From contig NW_027361722.1 in assembly GCF_039654945.1 (NCBI RefSeq), positions 17,298,001 through 17,362,000 of the forward strand: a stretch of DNA of 64,000 nt, in the 5' to 3' direction. Source of the DNA: Dendrobates tinctorius. Lineage: Eukaryota. The notes beneath the pieces are model-generated. The model was given only the letters and a program-made list of their open reading frames with translations. It made no database searches and was not told where the DNA came from. Shown here piece after piece: positions 47,758 to 59,696 of this stretch. The number at the start of each line of letters is the position of its first letter. Position 1 is the first letter of the stretch. The position numbers were made by a program, and so were the translations under genes.

Positions 47758-49389
47758 TAATATCACAAAGCCAAACCAGACCATCCTCCATGATGCAGAC
47801 ACATTTATCGAAACACACAAATCATCAATCACATCACATCAATCATAGCAACGTTTTACCTTCTGCACACCATCTCCCTCAGCTGTAAAGTCCCCCGTAC
47901 ACATTAAACTAATGTCGGTTGTACCCACTGATATCAGCAGGTTCGGCCAACTCTCTTATGTGTATTGGGACCCTAGAAAATTTATTGTCAGGGGAAATAT
48001 TGATCCGGCATGTCCGATTTCGGACTTCCAATTGTATTGTCTACCAGAGATAAGCCACCGTCAAACACGTTTGGTGATGGATCTCTCAAAAATAACACCG
48101 GCGAATCGAGAGCTTTTGTGTATGGGAGACCTAGCCTAGATGGCTGCTGTCCGAATGACTGCTCGGAAGCGCATTTCGTCGATAGCCATCTAATGTGGTT
48201 GGAGGCCTTAAGTCTGCAATAAAAATATAGTGGTTCGGTATGGTCAACAAGGACAGATAATACCACCATACACATTAGGAGAAAGTTGGTCGAACTCGCC
48301 AATTTCAAAGAGATCTGGGGGCCTCTCAACTTTCATCTGACAGATAATGTCGGGGAAGACAAGGATTGAGTAGTTGGAACTCCAATATCCGTTCTTTTCA
48401 CTTTAATGAACTCTTGGGGAAGTTTTACTAATTCATATGACAATAAACTCTAAAAGTCAAGAAGATAACCCCTTTCCAATTGCCCTATGAGGGTTTCTGA
48501 AAAATCGGAATATCACTTCATGTTGCAGATGGAAGAGGCGCTCTGTAACGGTGGCATTGACTTGTTGCATCCATTGTATGCCTTAAATCAGCTCACCTAG
48601 GCTGCTCTCATCTCATACTTTCATTGTTTAACCTCAGGATATGTCATACATGTGTAGTAGTTGTTGGTCCCATCAATGGAACAACATCTATCTTGTAAAC
48701 GCGGCCTTGACATGCGCTGCTCTTCATGGAGAGGTGGTCGGAAGCCCCATACAAATGAACCATCTCTAAACTGATAACAACATGCGTCAGGGCCCAAATC
48801 TTAAGATTTATCCTGGTCCCATTAGGGGACTCCCAACTACTATACATTTATGCAATATCCTGTTCAATATGCCATAAATGTATGGGATGGGAATAAACCA
48901 TTGAGTGCACAAAAACAAATTCAGACATACAAAAGCAAATTTATATCCTAAAGAAAAACCAATAAAACAATATTACTAATAAATACAAAAGAAATACTAT
49001 AAATACCATATGTTAATACAAAATAATTGCATAAATATTTATAAATATATTGATGTTCTTTGTTTTTCCAAAAAAAACAAAACAAAATGCATTTGTCATT
49101 TACTCACCTGAATATAAAGCTCACAGCCGTCCGCGCAAAAGGACGATATTATCCACCAGGAGAAGCATCAAGACAATGGGAAACAGAGGATTTTGGAAAG
49201 ATTAGAGATATAAACAGTTACATGGAACAAGGTTGCTATATAAAGTTAAAGTACGGTACCAAGAAAAGTTTTACATCCCAAACTACAGCTGAATATTTGA
49301 CCAACACAATGCTGTAAAAAAAATCTATATTGCCTGGGGTCTACCGGCCGGTAGGTGTCTACCCTCTTAGTAAATAATATTGTGGCTTA

Positions 49390-49827
49390 GGCTAGTTTCA
49401 CACTAGCATTACAGGGTGCAGCGCACGGCCGCCGCTAAGCTCCGCCCCCGGCCGTGCCTTCTCCGGTCAGCTCCTCCTCCGATCGCATGACGCTGCATGC
49501 GATCAGCGTACCCTATACTTAGCGTTGGGTACACTGGTCATGCGCTGGTACACTTTTGCCCGCGCATGCACCCTTTCTGTGCTGCACCGAGCGAACAAAA
49601 ATGCAACACAGTGCATTTGGTGCACGTTGGCGCAGTGCAAAAAGGGCGGATGCGCAGGCAAAAGTGTACCAGCGCACGACAAGCGTACACAGCGCTAAGT
49701 ATAGGGTACGCTGATCACATGCAGCGTCATGCGATCGGAGGAGAAGCTGACCGGAAGGGGCGTGACCGGGGGCGGAGCTTGGCGGCGGCCGTGCGCTGCG
49801 CCCTGTAACGCTAGTGTGAAACTAGCC
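49390..49827. mobile_element. Palindromic Harbinger-type MITE (438 bp)
   Basis: TIR GGCTAGTTTCACACTAGC at both ends, flanks TTA/TTT. Confidence 0.9.
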
Positions 49828-51523
49828 TTTTCCCATTTGCCAAGACTGGGAGCAGACTCAAGATCTCTAATATAGAGGAGCCAGAGTCACATTTTCATTT
49901 ATATAGTAAGAAAAATCATTAAGCTTTGAAGATGGAGCTTTTTTTTTGGGGGGGGGATTTGGACTTTAATGACTGTGATCAATTTGAAAGATTTATTCAA
50001 CCTATGCAGAACAAAGTGGAAAAAAGTTTAAAAAAAAGTCTAATATAACAAATTAAATGTTTTTCCCTCTCCCCATTTGTCTCCAAAACTTACTTACATT
50101 TTTAATGCTTTATACCTCTTTTTTATTGTAAAATTTTGGTCTATTTTTTTCACATCTGAAGCACAAGTGTGACACAATCTTTTAAAAAGCTCTGATCATG
50201 TAAATTGGATTCAATATCTACTTTTAATCCCCTTTTGGGAAAATTTTGAAATAATCAATTCGTTTTAATGTTTTTGTGATACTTTTTTTTTTCTATTTCT
50301 AATTCTACAAGCATTGATAGACTTTTGGTAAACTGTCAAGTCAGAGTTAAGCCTGTCTCAAAGAATTAAAAAAAATACAGTAAAAAAATATCAAACCCTA
50401 TCTAAAAGTCTAAAAAAAATAAAAATAATCAAACCTAATCTAAAAAAGTATATTAAAATTAATACAAATATTAAAAACCTATCGGAAAAATGAAAAATAT
50501 AAAACAAAATAAAAATATCAAATCCTCTAAAAATGTATAAAAAAAAAAGTGATATTGTCACTGTAACTTTTTTTTTTTTTTATCTCCACTTATTCCTTTG
50601 TTGGAATTTTCTGTTCAAAAAGACAAAAGTAGAAGGTTTGTAACCGATTGAAATGATTTTAAATGATTTGAAATCTATCTGCCGCTACCTCTTTCTATGT
50701 TTTTCTTTCCTTTTGTGCTGCATAGCACTGACATTTTTGAACACTACTGGAAGTTACATCAGAAATCTAGGAGGAAAATTACAGCCGATGGGAAGAAAAA
50801 AAAAATTGGTGACTATTACCGGTACATTACGAAACAGAAAAAAAAAATGATCTGGTCACGTAGAAGAGTGAGAGATTATAATAGTATCGCACAAAAGAAA
50901 AACGGAGAAATATGTGGGTTTCTTGTGAGCAGTAACCAGTTTCTAAGGGTCTAAAAATTTTTTAAAAAGGTTAAAATTCTAATTTTTTAAAATCATTTTA
51001 AATTACGTATTCTAGTCATAACATTATATTGTTTTGAATTATTAGAATTGTATTTTTTATGTTGAAATGATAAAAATATTTTGTTAGAGATTTCTTTTAG
51101 GTTATTAATTAATTATTCAGTTACAATGTAAGCACATGTTATTTTTTTTTTTTAACATTTTTCCAAGGAATCGATTTATGACTGAGGTATATGCTATGCA
51201 AGTTTTTATGGATCGATATTTATGAATGCTAATAGACTAAAAAAAAAAAAAACTTACATTTTTCCATAACTCTTAATTTTTCACCAACTTTAAAGGGAAA
51301 ATTCTTGGCATTCATTTAGCTCACTAAAACTAGAACAATGTAATATTTCTAAAAAAAAATTTTTAAAAATGTGAAAACATACAATGCAGCGTATCCCGGG
51401 TAGCACTTTTCTTTACATCATCCATTCTGTCTTCTTAAACCTGTGGCACGTCAGAATCCAAATCGAGTTGACTGTTTGGCGTACCTTGCACTATTTTGCG
51501 TTACTAGTTTCATGGCTTTCCGT

Positions 51524-53299
51524 TCATACGGCTAAATCGTCGGAGCGAGCCCGGCTACTTGCCTTACTTAATCTACTCAAGGATCTAGAATCCGGAATTA
51601 ACTCGAAACTTAGTAAAGGCAGTTCAGGAATCGGAGGTTCTGCTTCATAATCATCTGGTTTATCAGACAAAGGTTGGGGGAATCCTTGTCCTAGAGGGAG
51701 GTGTTCAGATCTGGAATTATCTGAAAGTGCTCTAGACGGTGCACGTTCATATGGTACCCGGTCAAAATTGGTGGGGTTGTTTTCATCTAAGACTTGCTCT
51801 GAAGTTACTGTGGAAGGAATATTTTCTAGCGGTGGATCAAAGAGAGAAGGGGTTGCTTGTGAAGGGGTTTGCTCAGCGGAGGCATGATCTGAAGCAGCCC
51901 GAGATAAAGCGTGGTATGAGGGTGCACACTCAAAAGGATCATGGTCAGAAGCTGCTCGGGATACAGCCCTTTCAGAGGAAGCGCGCTCAAATGGGGCATT
52001 TTCAGATGGTGCTCGAGATGGGACTCTCTCTGAAGTCACATGTTCAGAAGTTGCCCGAGATAGAGCCCGCTCTGAGGGTGCACGCTCAGAAGAAGTATGC
52101 TCAGAATTAGCCCGGGAAATGGCTCGCTCTGAAGGTGCTCTTTCGGAGATCACATTGTTGGAAGATAATTTTACAAGGGAAGGAAAAGCACGTTCAGAAA
52201 GTGCACGCTCAGAGGGGGCACGCACCGAAGGGGCTCGCTCTGAAGGCACTTGTTGTAGAGTTTCAGCCGCTTGAACTTTCACCATCTCCTGTTCTTCAGC
52301 TTGACGATACGAGGGCAGAGATTCATCGTAGGCCTTCGACATGTCTTCTAGGAGGCCTGTGCTGCTTTTTTCATAATTATTAAAGTGAGATGGAAGAGGA
52401 CTAGTTTCTAATCCAACCTCGGTCATTGGATAAAAATGGGAGACAACCTTTTCTTCTTCCAGTAGCTTATACCCTTTAGATTTTGGAATGGAGGAAATGG
52501 CAATGGAGTGCAATGGTTTCTGGGAAACTTCTCCAAGCAGTGAATTTGTTTGGTGATCTGTACTCCTCCGAAATGCAAAGCGAATCTTTTTCCAGCCAAG
52601 ATGACTGATCTCCACCACATTCAGAAAGAGTGAGACTGCAGCTACAGCTAACATGAACATAATAAATACAGTTTTCTCAGTAGGCCTGGAGACAAAACAG
52701 TCTACGATGTTTGGGCAAGGCCAACGACTGCAACGATATAAGGGAAGGATCCTAAAACCATACAGGAAATATTGTCCCACCACAAAGCCCACCTCAAAAA
52801 TTGTTTTGAAGATAATGTGACAGATGTAGGTTCTTAGGAGAGTTCCTTCCAAGCGAAACTTCTTAGTCCCTTTGGTACTGGTTTCCTTGGTGGTCCTAAT
52901 GCTCCCTTGATCGGGAGCAAGCGGCAACCTTTCTTCATTAATCTCCTGCTGCCGACTCATTTCTGCTTCCTCTCTCTCCTTTCTTTTCTCTTCCATCCGA
53001 ACGTGATGTACAGCGTGACCCACGTACACCAGGGACGGTGTGGAGACAAAGATGATCTGTAGGACCCACAGTCTGATGTGAGACAGAGGGAAAGCCTCAT
53101 CATAGCAGACATTCTCGCAACCGGGCTGCTGAGTGTTGCACACAAAATCAGATTGTTCATCCCCCCAAACGAACTCGGCAGCAGTTCCCAAGATGAGGAT
53201 CCGGAAAATGAACAGAACCGTCAGCCAGACCCTGCCAATAACGGTGGAGTGCTCATTCACCTCTTCTAAAATATTCCCTAGGAAACTCCAGTCTCCCAT
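51524..53299 (-). CDS. gja8: Gap junction alpha-8 protein (connexin 50), single coding exon, 591 aa with expanded tail
   Basis: N-terminus [38 protein letters not shown], six extracellular Cys, [14 protein letters not shown]-terminus [17 protein letters not shown]; splice acceptor at 53310-53311, 10 nt before the ATG. Confidence 0.97.
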   Translation of the reverse strand: MGDWSFLGNILEEVNEHSTVIGRVWLTVLFIFRILILGTAAEFVWGDEQSDFVCNTQQPGCENVCYDEAFPLSHIRLWVLQIIFVSTPSLVYVGHAVHHVRMEEKRKEREEAEMSRQQEINEERLPLAPDQGSIRTTKETSTKGTKKFRLEGTLLRTYICHIIFKTIFEVGFVVGQYFLYGFRILPLYRCSRWPCPNIVDCFVSRPTEKTVFIMFMLAVAAVSLFLNVVEISHLGWKKIRFAFRRSTDHQTNSLLGEVSQKPLHSIAISSIPKSKGYKLLEEEKVVSHFYPMTEVGLETSPLPSHFNNYEKSSTGLLEDMSKAYDESLPSYRQAEEQEMVKVQAAETLQQVPSERAPSVRAPSERALSERAFPSLVKLSSNNVISERAPSERAISRANSEHTSSERAPSERALSRATSEHVTSERVPSRAPSENAPFERASSERAVSRAASDHDPFECAPSYHALSRAASDHASAEQTPSQATPSLFDPPLENIPSTVTSEQVLDENNPTNFDRVPYERAPSRALSDNSRSEHLPLGQGFPQPLSDKPDDYEAEPPIPELPLLSFELIPDSRSLSRLSKASSRARSDDLAV

Positions 53300-54865
53300 T
53301 CTCTACAGCCTGTAGAAATAAAATAAAAACACAAAACCATGGACAAATATTAGTGAATTCCCAAATAAAGCTGTAGATAAAATAAAAAAAAAAACCTATC
53401 TAACAGAAGTAGAATAATTACAATACATTTATGCCGATGATAATACATTCATATTTTATCCTAAATTGTTGTATGTCGTATCCGTGATCTCAGATCTCAG
53501 ATCATGAAATCCTCAGATCTAGAGTTCTCCTAAACCGGACTTTCTACACCACATGGATCTATGGATCAGAAGGACCCAGGATACGAATAGTTAAACGTAG
53601 GTACAGTAGGCGCGTCTGAAAAAGACATCCCAGTATTAGTATTATCAATAGTATTATAATTACTAGCTTCTTCTATATTACTGCTGCCACTTGTAATTAA
53701 TAATAACTCACAAAACAAAAAAAGACAAAAAAACACAATAACTAATATATGTGACATAACGCCAGCATTTTCAATAAAGGAACCTGATAACTTAAAAGAA
53801 GCTTACAAGAGCTGTAACATTTGTTTAACTCCCAACAATAGAACATTGAAGCTTCATATTATAGGTAAAAGAAAATTACAACAAAATTTATAAAAAAAAA
53901 AGTAAAACAAAAAAAAATGGAAAGAGAAAGCATTTTTTTTAGAGAGAAAAAGCATAAAGGAACTAAGATGCTAACCAGTACATACGGCATAACGCATTTT
54001 GAATGAAGTAACTGGATAACTTAGAAATGTAGAAGATCTGTAACTTTTTCATTCACAAAGGAACCATGAAACGCCGTGTTACTTTTTTCAAAACGATGAC
54101 ACTATGTCACATGCAGTGGTTAGTCTATTAGCTTTATTGTGTTTGGTTTTTTTTTAATAGCTAAAAACTGTTTTCTGTTAACTATTATTTATTATTATTA
54201 ATAATGTACTTATATTAATATAATATATGTGTGTGTATACATACTATATGTGACATAATTGCATCATTTTGAATAAAGTGTTGCTATAAAAGTTTTCTAT
54301 ATTTTTTCCCTTTTATTTTACAACTATAGTTATGTTTATGTACATATATATATATTCTCCTAGATACAATGCTTTCCATTTGCTTTTTCTTCTATATTTT
54401 ATTTTATGAATATAGCTATGTTAATTTGTACATATATGTAAAGATATACATAATACTTTCCATTTATTATTTTCCTACAGTGAATTTCTTTTTTTATCAC
54501 TTTTTACTTTTTAAATATTGCTAGGTTGAANNNNNNNNNNNNNNNNNNNNNNNNNNNNNNNNNNNNNNNNNNNNNNNNNNNNNNNNNNNNNNNNNNNNNN
54601 NNNNNNNNNNNNNNNNNNNNNNNNNNNNNNNNNNNNNNNNNNNNNNNNNNNNNNNNNNNNNNNNNNNNNNNNNNNNNNNNNNNNNNNNNNNNNNNNNNNN
54701 NNNNNNNNNNNNNNNNNNNNNNNNNNNNNNNNNNNNNNNNNNNNNNNNNNNNNNNNNNNNNNNNNNNNNNNNNNNNNNNNNNNNNNNNNNNNNNNNNNNN
54801 NNNNNNNNNNNNNNNNNNNNNNNNNNNNNNNNNNNNNNNNNNNNNNNNNNNNNNNNNNNNNNNNN

Positions 54866-55195
54866 TGATGGGTAGATGACAGATAGTTAGGTAATAGACA
54901 GATAGATAATAGATTAGATAGAGAAGAAAAAAAGGAGGCAGCACTCCAATAAATTATGAAAAAAAGAACAGATTTTATTAGCCCATATGGTGTGGCCACA
55001 TTATTGGAGTGCTACCTCCTTTCTTCTTTTATATTACTTATACAAATGAACATTTGTTTGTAGGGCCCTGCACCCTGAATTCATCTATATGGTGCTGTTC
55101 CATTTTTTCTTCCAGATAGATAATAGATAGATAGATAATAGATGGATAGATAATATATAGATAGATAATAGATAGATGATAGATAATAGATAGGT
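54866..55195. repeat. GATA-type simple repeats around a small inverted-repeat remnant, next to an assembly gap
   Basis: (gata)n-like runs; aggaggcagcactccaataa / ttattggagtgctacctcct. Confidence 0.75.
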
Positions 55196-56539
55196 GGAAA
55201 ACATTTTTAGTGATAATTTATTCAAAATGATGCAAAGTAAACATATATATACTGTATACATACATGCACATAAAGAGCCGTCTTACACCACTTGCCCATA
55301 CTAGGAAGCGCCTGTTAATCCTGTTCATTTAGATACTGTTCATATGTTCAGGTTTTAAATACATTAGATAGGGACTGCTCCATTAAGGATTACCTTGACG
55401 AGGTGGAGTGGCTTGGTATACACTTTTTTGCAAAAAAACGTATCAACTAAATACCCTGTATTTGTTGTCATCTTTTTACCAGCACTTGCTGATTATTGTC
55501 ATATTTGTTACTGCAGGGTATTTTTTGCACATTTGTTATTCTGTGCTTTCTTTTTGTGTTTCAGTCAGTGGGTGGTGTGAACACTGTCCGACCGACTTGT
55601 TCACATTTGTGCATGTCATATGTGTTTTTAATACATACGGTATATATAGAAATACATTTTTGAGTATTACAAAAAAAGCAAATAGCGGCATCATTTTGAA
55701 CAAAGTAACTAGATAGCTTAAAAGAAACTTGCAAGATCTCTAATATTTTTGTGCACCACAATAAAGTCACGACACTCCATATTCCGTATAAAAAACAATA
55801 AAAGTGACTATATTTCTATAAGAAAAAAAAAGGAAAGGGAAAACATTTTTTAGAGATATGAAATACAGAAAAAAAAAAAGGCCAGTAATATATTAAGCAA
55901 TATAATACACGTGACATAATGGCATCATTCTGAATAAAGTAACTGGATAACGTAAAAGAAACTTATAATATCTGAAACGTTTTTGTACAATGATTTGATA
56001 TTTCAACCACAGTCATGAATTTCTTAAGAAAGTAAATTTAAAAAAAAGATAAAACATTTTTCAGAATTTAAAAAATACATTCAATTTAGGAAAATGCACA
56101 AAAATAAAACAGACACATGAAAATGAAAACTTACAATATTCAATATATAACATCAATAAAAAAAGAAAAGAACCCAACCTAACAAATTATCCATGGAAAA
56201 AGAAAGAAAAATAAAATAAGGAAACTTGAATCAAATTTAGAATTTTCAAAAATGTAAGTTCCAGCTCTGTATCCTCCTCATGTCAGAAACTCATGGAATC
56301 AACACACATTAAACTACAAATATATCACACTTGGAGTCTAAAGTCAAGAAAATTTCCACAGAACGCAAAAAGCAAAAAACATAAAAAGCTTAAGAAACTC
56401 CTAACACATAACTCATTAAGAAGACACATGAATGGTAGAAAGTGGGCAACTTGCCACAGTGAAAGTTCCACTGGAGAAGATGTTTCCACTCTTGGCACCG
56501 TGCTGGAAAATAGTGAACCTTTGTCTGTGGCCTTTCCTA

Positions 56540-57005
56540 CCTAAAGTCCCAAACGTATCGCACGACTGAGCAAACGTGACTCAATCCACCCTGATGGGTG
56601 GGTTTTACTGTCCGGCAATATTTAAGCTCTGAGCTAGACGGCCTTTATGAGAGGGGGACAACTGGTGACGTGTAGGACAATGGGCAAGAGCCGGGCAGAC
56701 ACAGCGGTGGCGTGTAGGAATGTATGGAATATGTAAACTTATTAAAGAGTGAAGCTGCTAACTTTGATAAAGAATATATATCTATTATCTATCTACCATC
56801 TATCTGTTATCTATCTGTCTATTATCTATTATCTATCTATATATCCATCTATCTAGGCGGAAGCCTTTGCCATGTGATATGACATGCTCGCTTCTTCATA
56901 CTCACAGTGAGTCCCTTATTCCTCGCAACTTTGTAGAGCCGCCTTTGTTTTCTCCTCTTTCGGCTGATACTCGTAGTTAAGCTTTTGCTGACCCTGCTGA
57001 CATAG
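56540..57005 (-). promoter_or_regulatory. Candidate gja8 promoter and non-coding exon 1
   Basis: Donor AG|GTAGGA at 56540, TTAAATA near 56620, Sox-type ACAATGG 56677 and CTTTGTT 56943, two TGCTGAC Maf half-sites at 56986 and 56995, in a GC-richer island within AT-rich DNA. Confidence 0.4.
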
Positions 57006-57144
57006 AGCTTTGGACAGCTGCTGGCCGGGTAACATGCGTTATCGGAGTGTTAGAGGGAAAAGAACCTAAAATGAAAAACAGAAAATTCCAGGGTGACAAC
57101 TCTAGTATCATGTAGGACAGATATTGTCTTCAAGGCATGGTCTA

Positions 57145-57781
57145 CAGTGAAACCTGTCTGGAGAATCACTGATAGGAGAAGATGACTCTTCTAAAACACC
57201 ATTCTGTATTGCAAGTGTGGGTCGTCATCTATCTATGTATGTTTGTATGAAGAAACCTCTCCAAAAGACCAAATCTTTGATAAGACTACTTATCTAAGAA
57301 GATCACTTTTGATCTACGCCAGATTTTTCTGGGATGGACTTTCAGTTCTCTTCTGTTCTCAACATTTTGCCATCTCATTTGCAAATAAAATGACCCTACT
57401 AAAATACTATTCCTCAATAGTTGGTCATCCTCTCCAAAAGACCACTTCTTTAGGAAGACCATGCAAGCAAGATCAGAACTTTCAGTGACAGCCTCCAAAT
57501 TTCCTTATGTTCTTCATATGTTGGACACATCTTTGAGAAGATCACCCTTCAAAAACACTATTTTTCTCTGCAAATATGGGTGACCATCTATCTATGTATT
57601 TATATATGAAGACACCTGTCCAAAAGATCAAGTATTTGAGTCTTTGGGAAGATTACCCATGATCTAGATTTTCCCATAATGGATTTGTAGGTTCTTTATT
57701 GGTCTTTTCTGTGAGAAGACCATCCTCTGAAAACCATTCATCCCTGCAATGGTTGGAGGTCATCTTATAGAAATTTCACTG
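57145..57781. mobile_element. Tc1/mariner-superfamily (pogo/Tigger-like) MITE
   Basis: TA|CAGTGAAA..TTTCACTG|TA, internal duplication. Confidence 0.7.
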
Positions 57782-58129
57782 TATGGAGGTAAACTCATAT
57801 AGACTGCCTCTTTACGAAAACTACCTTTGATCTAGTGCTGATTTTTTTTGGAACTTATTATCATTTATTTTCTGTCCTACAAATATTGACCAACCCAGTC
57901 TAGAACAGCTTTCTCTCTGACATATTTTCAGATTCCTTTCAAGCTACCCATATTGTCCTCTAGATTAACTCTAGAAATCCAGTTTTAATGACATTTTCAA
58001 TGGTTGTCTCAAAAGGTTTTCCTTGAATACAAACAACAAAAATGGAGGAACCCATTGTTAATTGTCTAAGGAAAGAATTGGGTAATGTTGAGCTAATATT
58101 AGCGACATTGAATGATAGTAATTTAGTAG

Positions 58130-58500
58130 TAGCGTGAGTCCTGGTCCCCCATCTACTCAGAGAGAAATCCCGTGAGTACTGTTCCCTTCGCCTACTCATG
58201 GAAAAAGCCTGTGAGTCCAGCTCCCTCCACCCACTTATAGAGAAAGCCTGTGAGTCCTGCTCCCTCCACCCACTCCTAGGAAAAGCTATGAATGCTGCTC
58301 TCTGCTAACTCATAAAAGATCCTGTGAGTCTTGCTTTTACCACCCACTGACAGAGGTAGCCTAAGAGTCTCCTACTTGTAGAGAAAACCTGTGTATCTTA
58401 CTACCCCTTCCCACACTTAGAAAAAAGACTGTGAGTCCTGCTTCCCCCACCCACCAATAGAGAAATTCTGTGAGTCCTGCTTCCCCCATCAACCTATAAG
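58130..58500. repeat. Degenerate ~40-bp tandem repeat
   Basis: agaaagcctgtgagtcctgctccctccacccact variants, about 9 copies. Confidence 0.75.
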
Positions 58501-58864
58501 ACTGTAAGGCTGGTTTCACACTTGCGTTTTTTTTTGCGGGATTTTAGCGCTAAAAAACGCATGCGATTTTTTTTTCCTATACTTTGCATGGGATGCGCTT
58601 ATGTGCGCATACACATGCGTTTGTACGCGTTTTTCCGCGCATGCGTTTTTTTGCGGTATGCGCTCGGGCGCACAAAATGCATCCTGTTGCATTTTTTGAG
58701 CGTCCGACTTGCCTCAAAAAAACGCATGCGCACGCAATGCGTTTTTTTTACGGCAAGACACCCATTATAAGTCTATGGGTGCGCATATGTGCGCATTGGC
58801 ATGCTTATGTATGTGTTTTTTTGCGCATGCGTTTTTTTTTTACCATTAGTTGGACAATGGAATT

Positions 58865-59051
58865 TAGGGGTTTGGGTTAGAGTTAGGGTTAGTTAAGGGG
58901 GTTTAGGGCTAGGGTTANNNNNNNNNNNNNNNNNNNNNNNNNNNNNNNNNNNNNNNNNNNNNNNNNNNNNNNNNNNNNNNNNNNNNNNNNNNNNNNNNNN
59001 NNNNNNNNNNNNNNNNNNNNNNNNNNNNNNNNNNNNNNNNNNNNNGGGTTA
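58865..59051. repeat. Telomere-like (GGGTTA)n tract spanning an assembly gap
   Basis: ttagggttagttaaggggg..agggtta before the gap, gggtta after it. Confidence 0.7.
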
Positions 59052-59520
59052 GTGTGAGGGGCCACCTAATGTTGGAAAAAAACGCAAACGCGGTAAAAAC
59101 GCACTAAAAACGCATACAAACGTATAAAAACGCTGCATTTTTTTCATGCATGCTCATAAAAATGCTTGAAAAAAACGCAGCATTTGTATGCGTTTGTATG
59201 CGTTTTTTCAATGCGTTTTTTTGCAGGAAAAACGCGCTGCAAAAAAAGCAAGTGTGAAATTTTAGCCTACATGTTGCATTTTTTGGTCCGCCCAAGCACT
59301 GCAAAAAAGCGCATGCGCACGTATGCGCACGTTTTGCGCTAAAAATGGCCATTATAGCCTATGGATGCGCATACGTGCGCACTGGCATGCGCATGTATGC
59401 GTTTTTTTAGCGCTGCGTTTTTTTGGTGGTGTCCACTTGTTGTACTAGTTATAAACTTCTTTTTGGTGGTGTCCACTTGTTGTACTAGTTATAAACTTCT
59501 AAAGTAAAAAAAAAAAAGTC

Positions 59521-59528
59521 TATATAAA
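59521..59528 (+). promoter_or_regulatory. TATA box of the MADF gene
   Basis: TATATAAA followed by a probable non-coding exon ending at 59620 (GTGAGT donor). Confidence 0.65.
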
Positions 59529-59696
59529 GGAGGTGCCTGCCAAAACTCTGCCACTACTACACTGACAGATTGGAGAGCAGACAGTCACCAAGGAACCCAT
59601 CTTCTATCAGCGTCAAGAATGTGAGTATATTACATTATATGCCTGTCCTTTTAAATTATGTATGTACTAATGATTTTTATTATTTTTACATGCAGT

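Noticed and set aside
54504-54999. ORFs spanning N runs (also 35043-35420)
   Set aside because: Artefacts of assembly gaps
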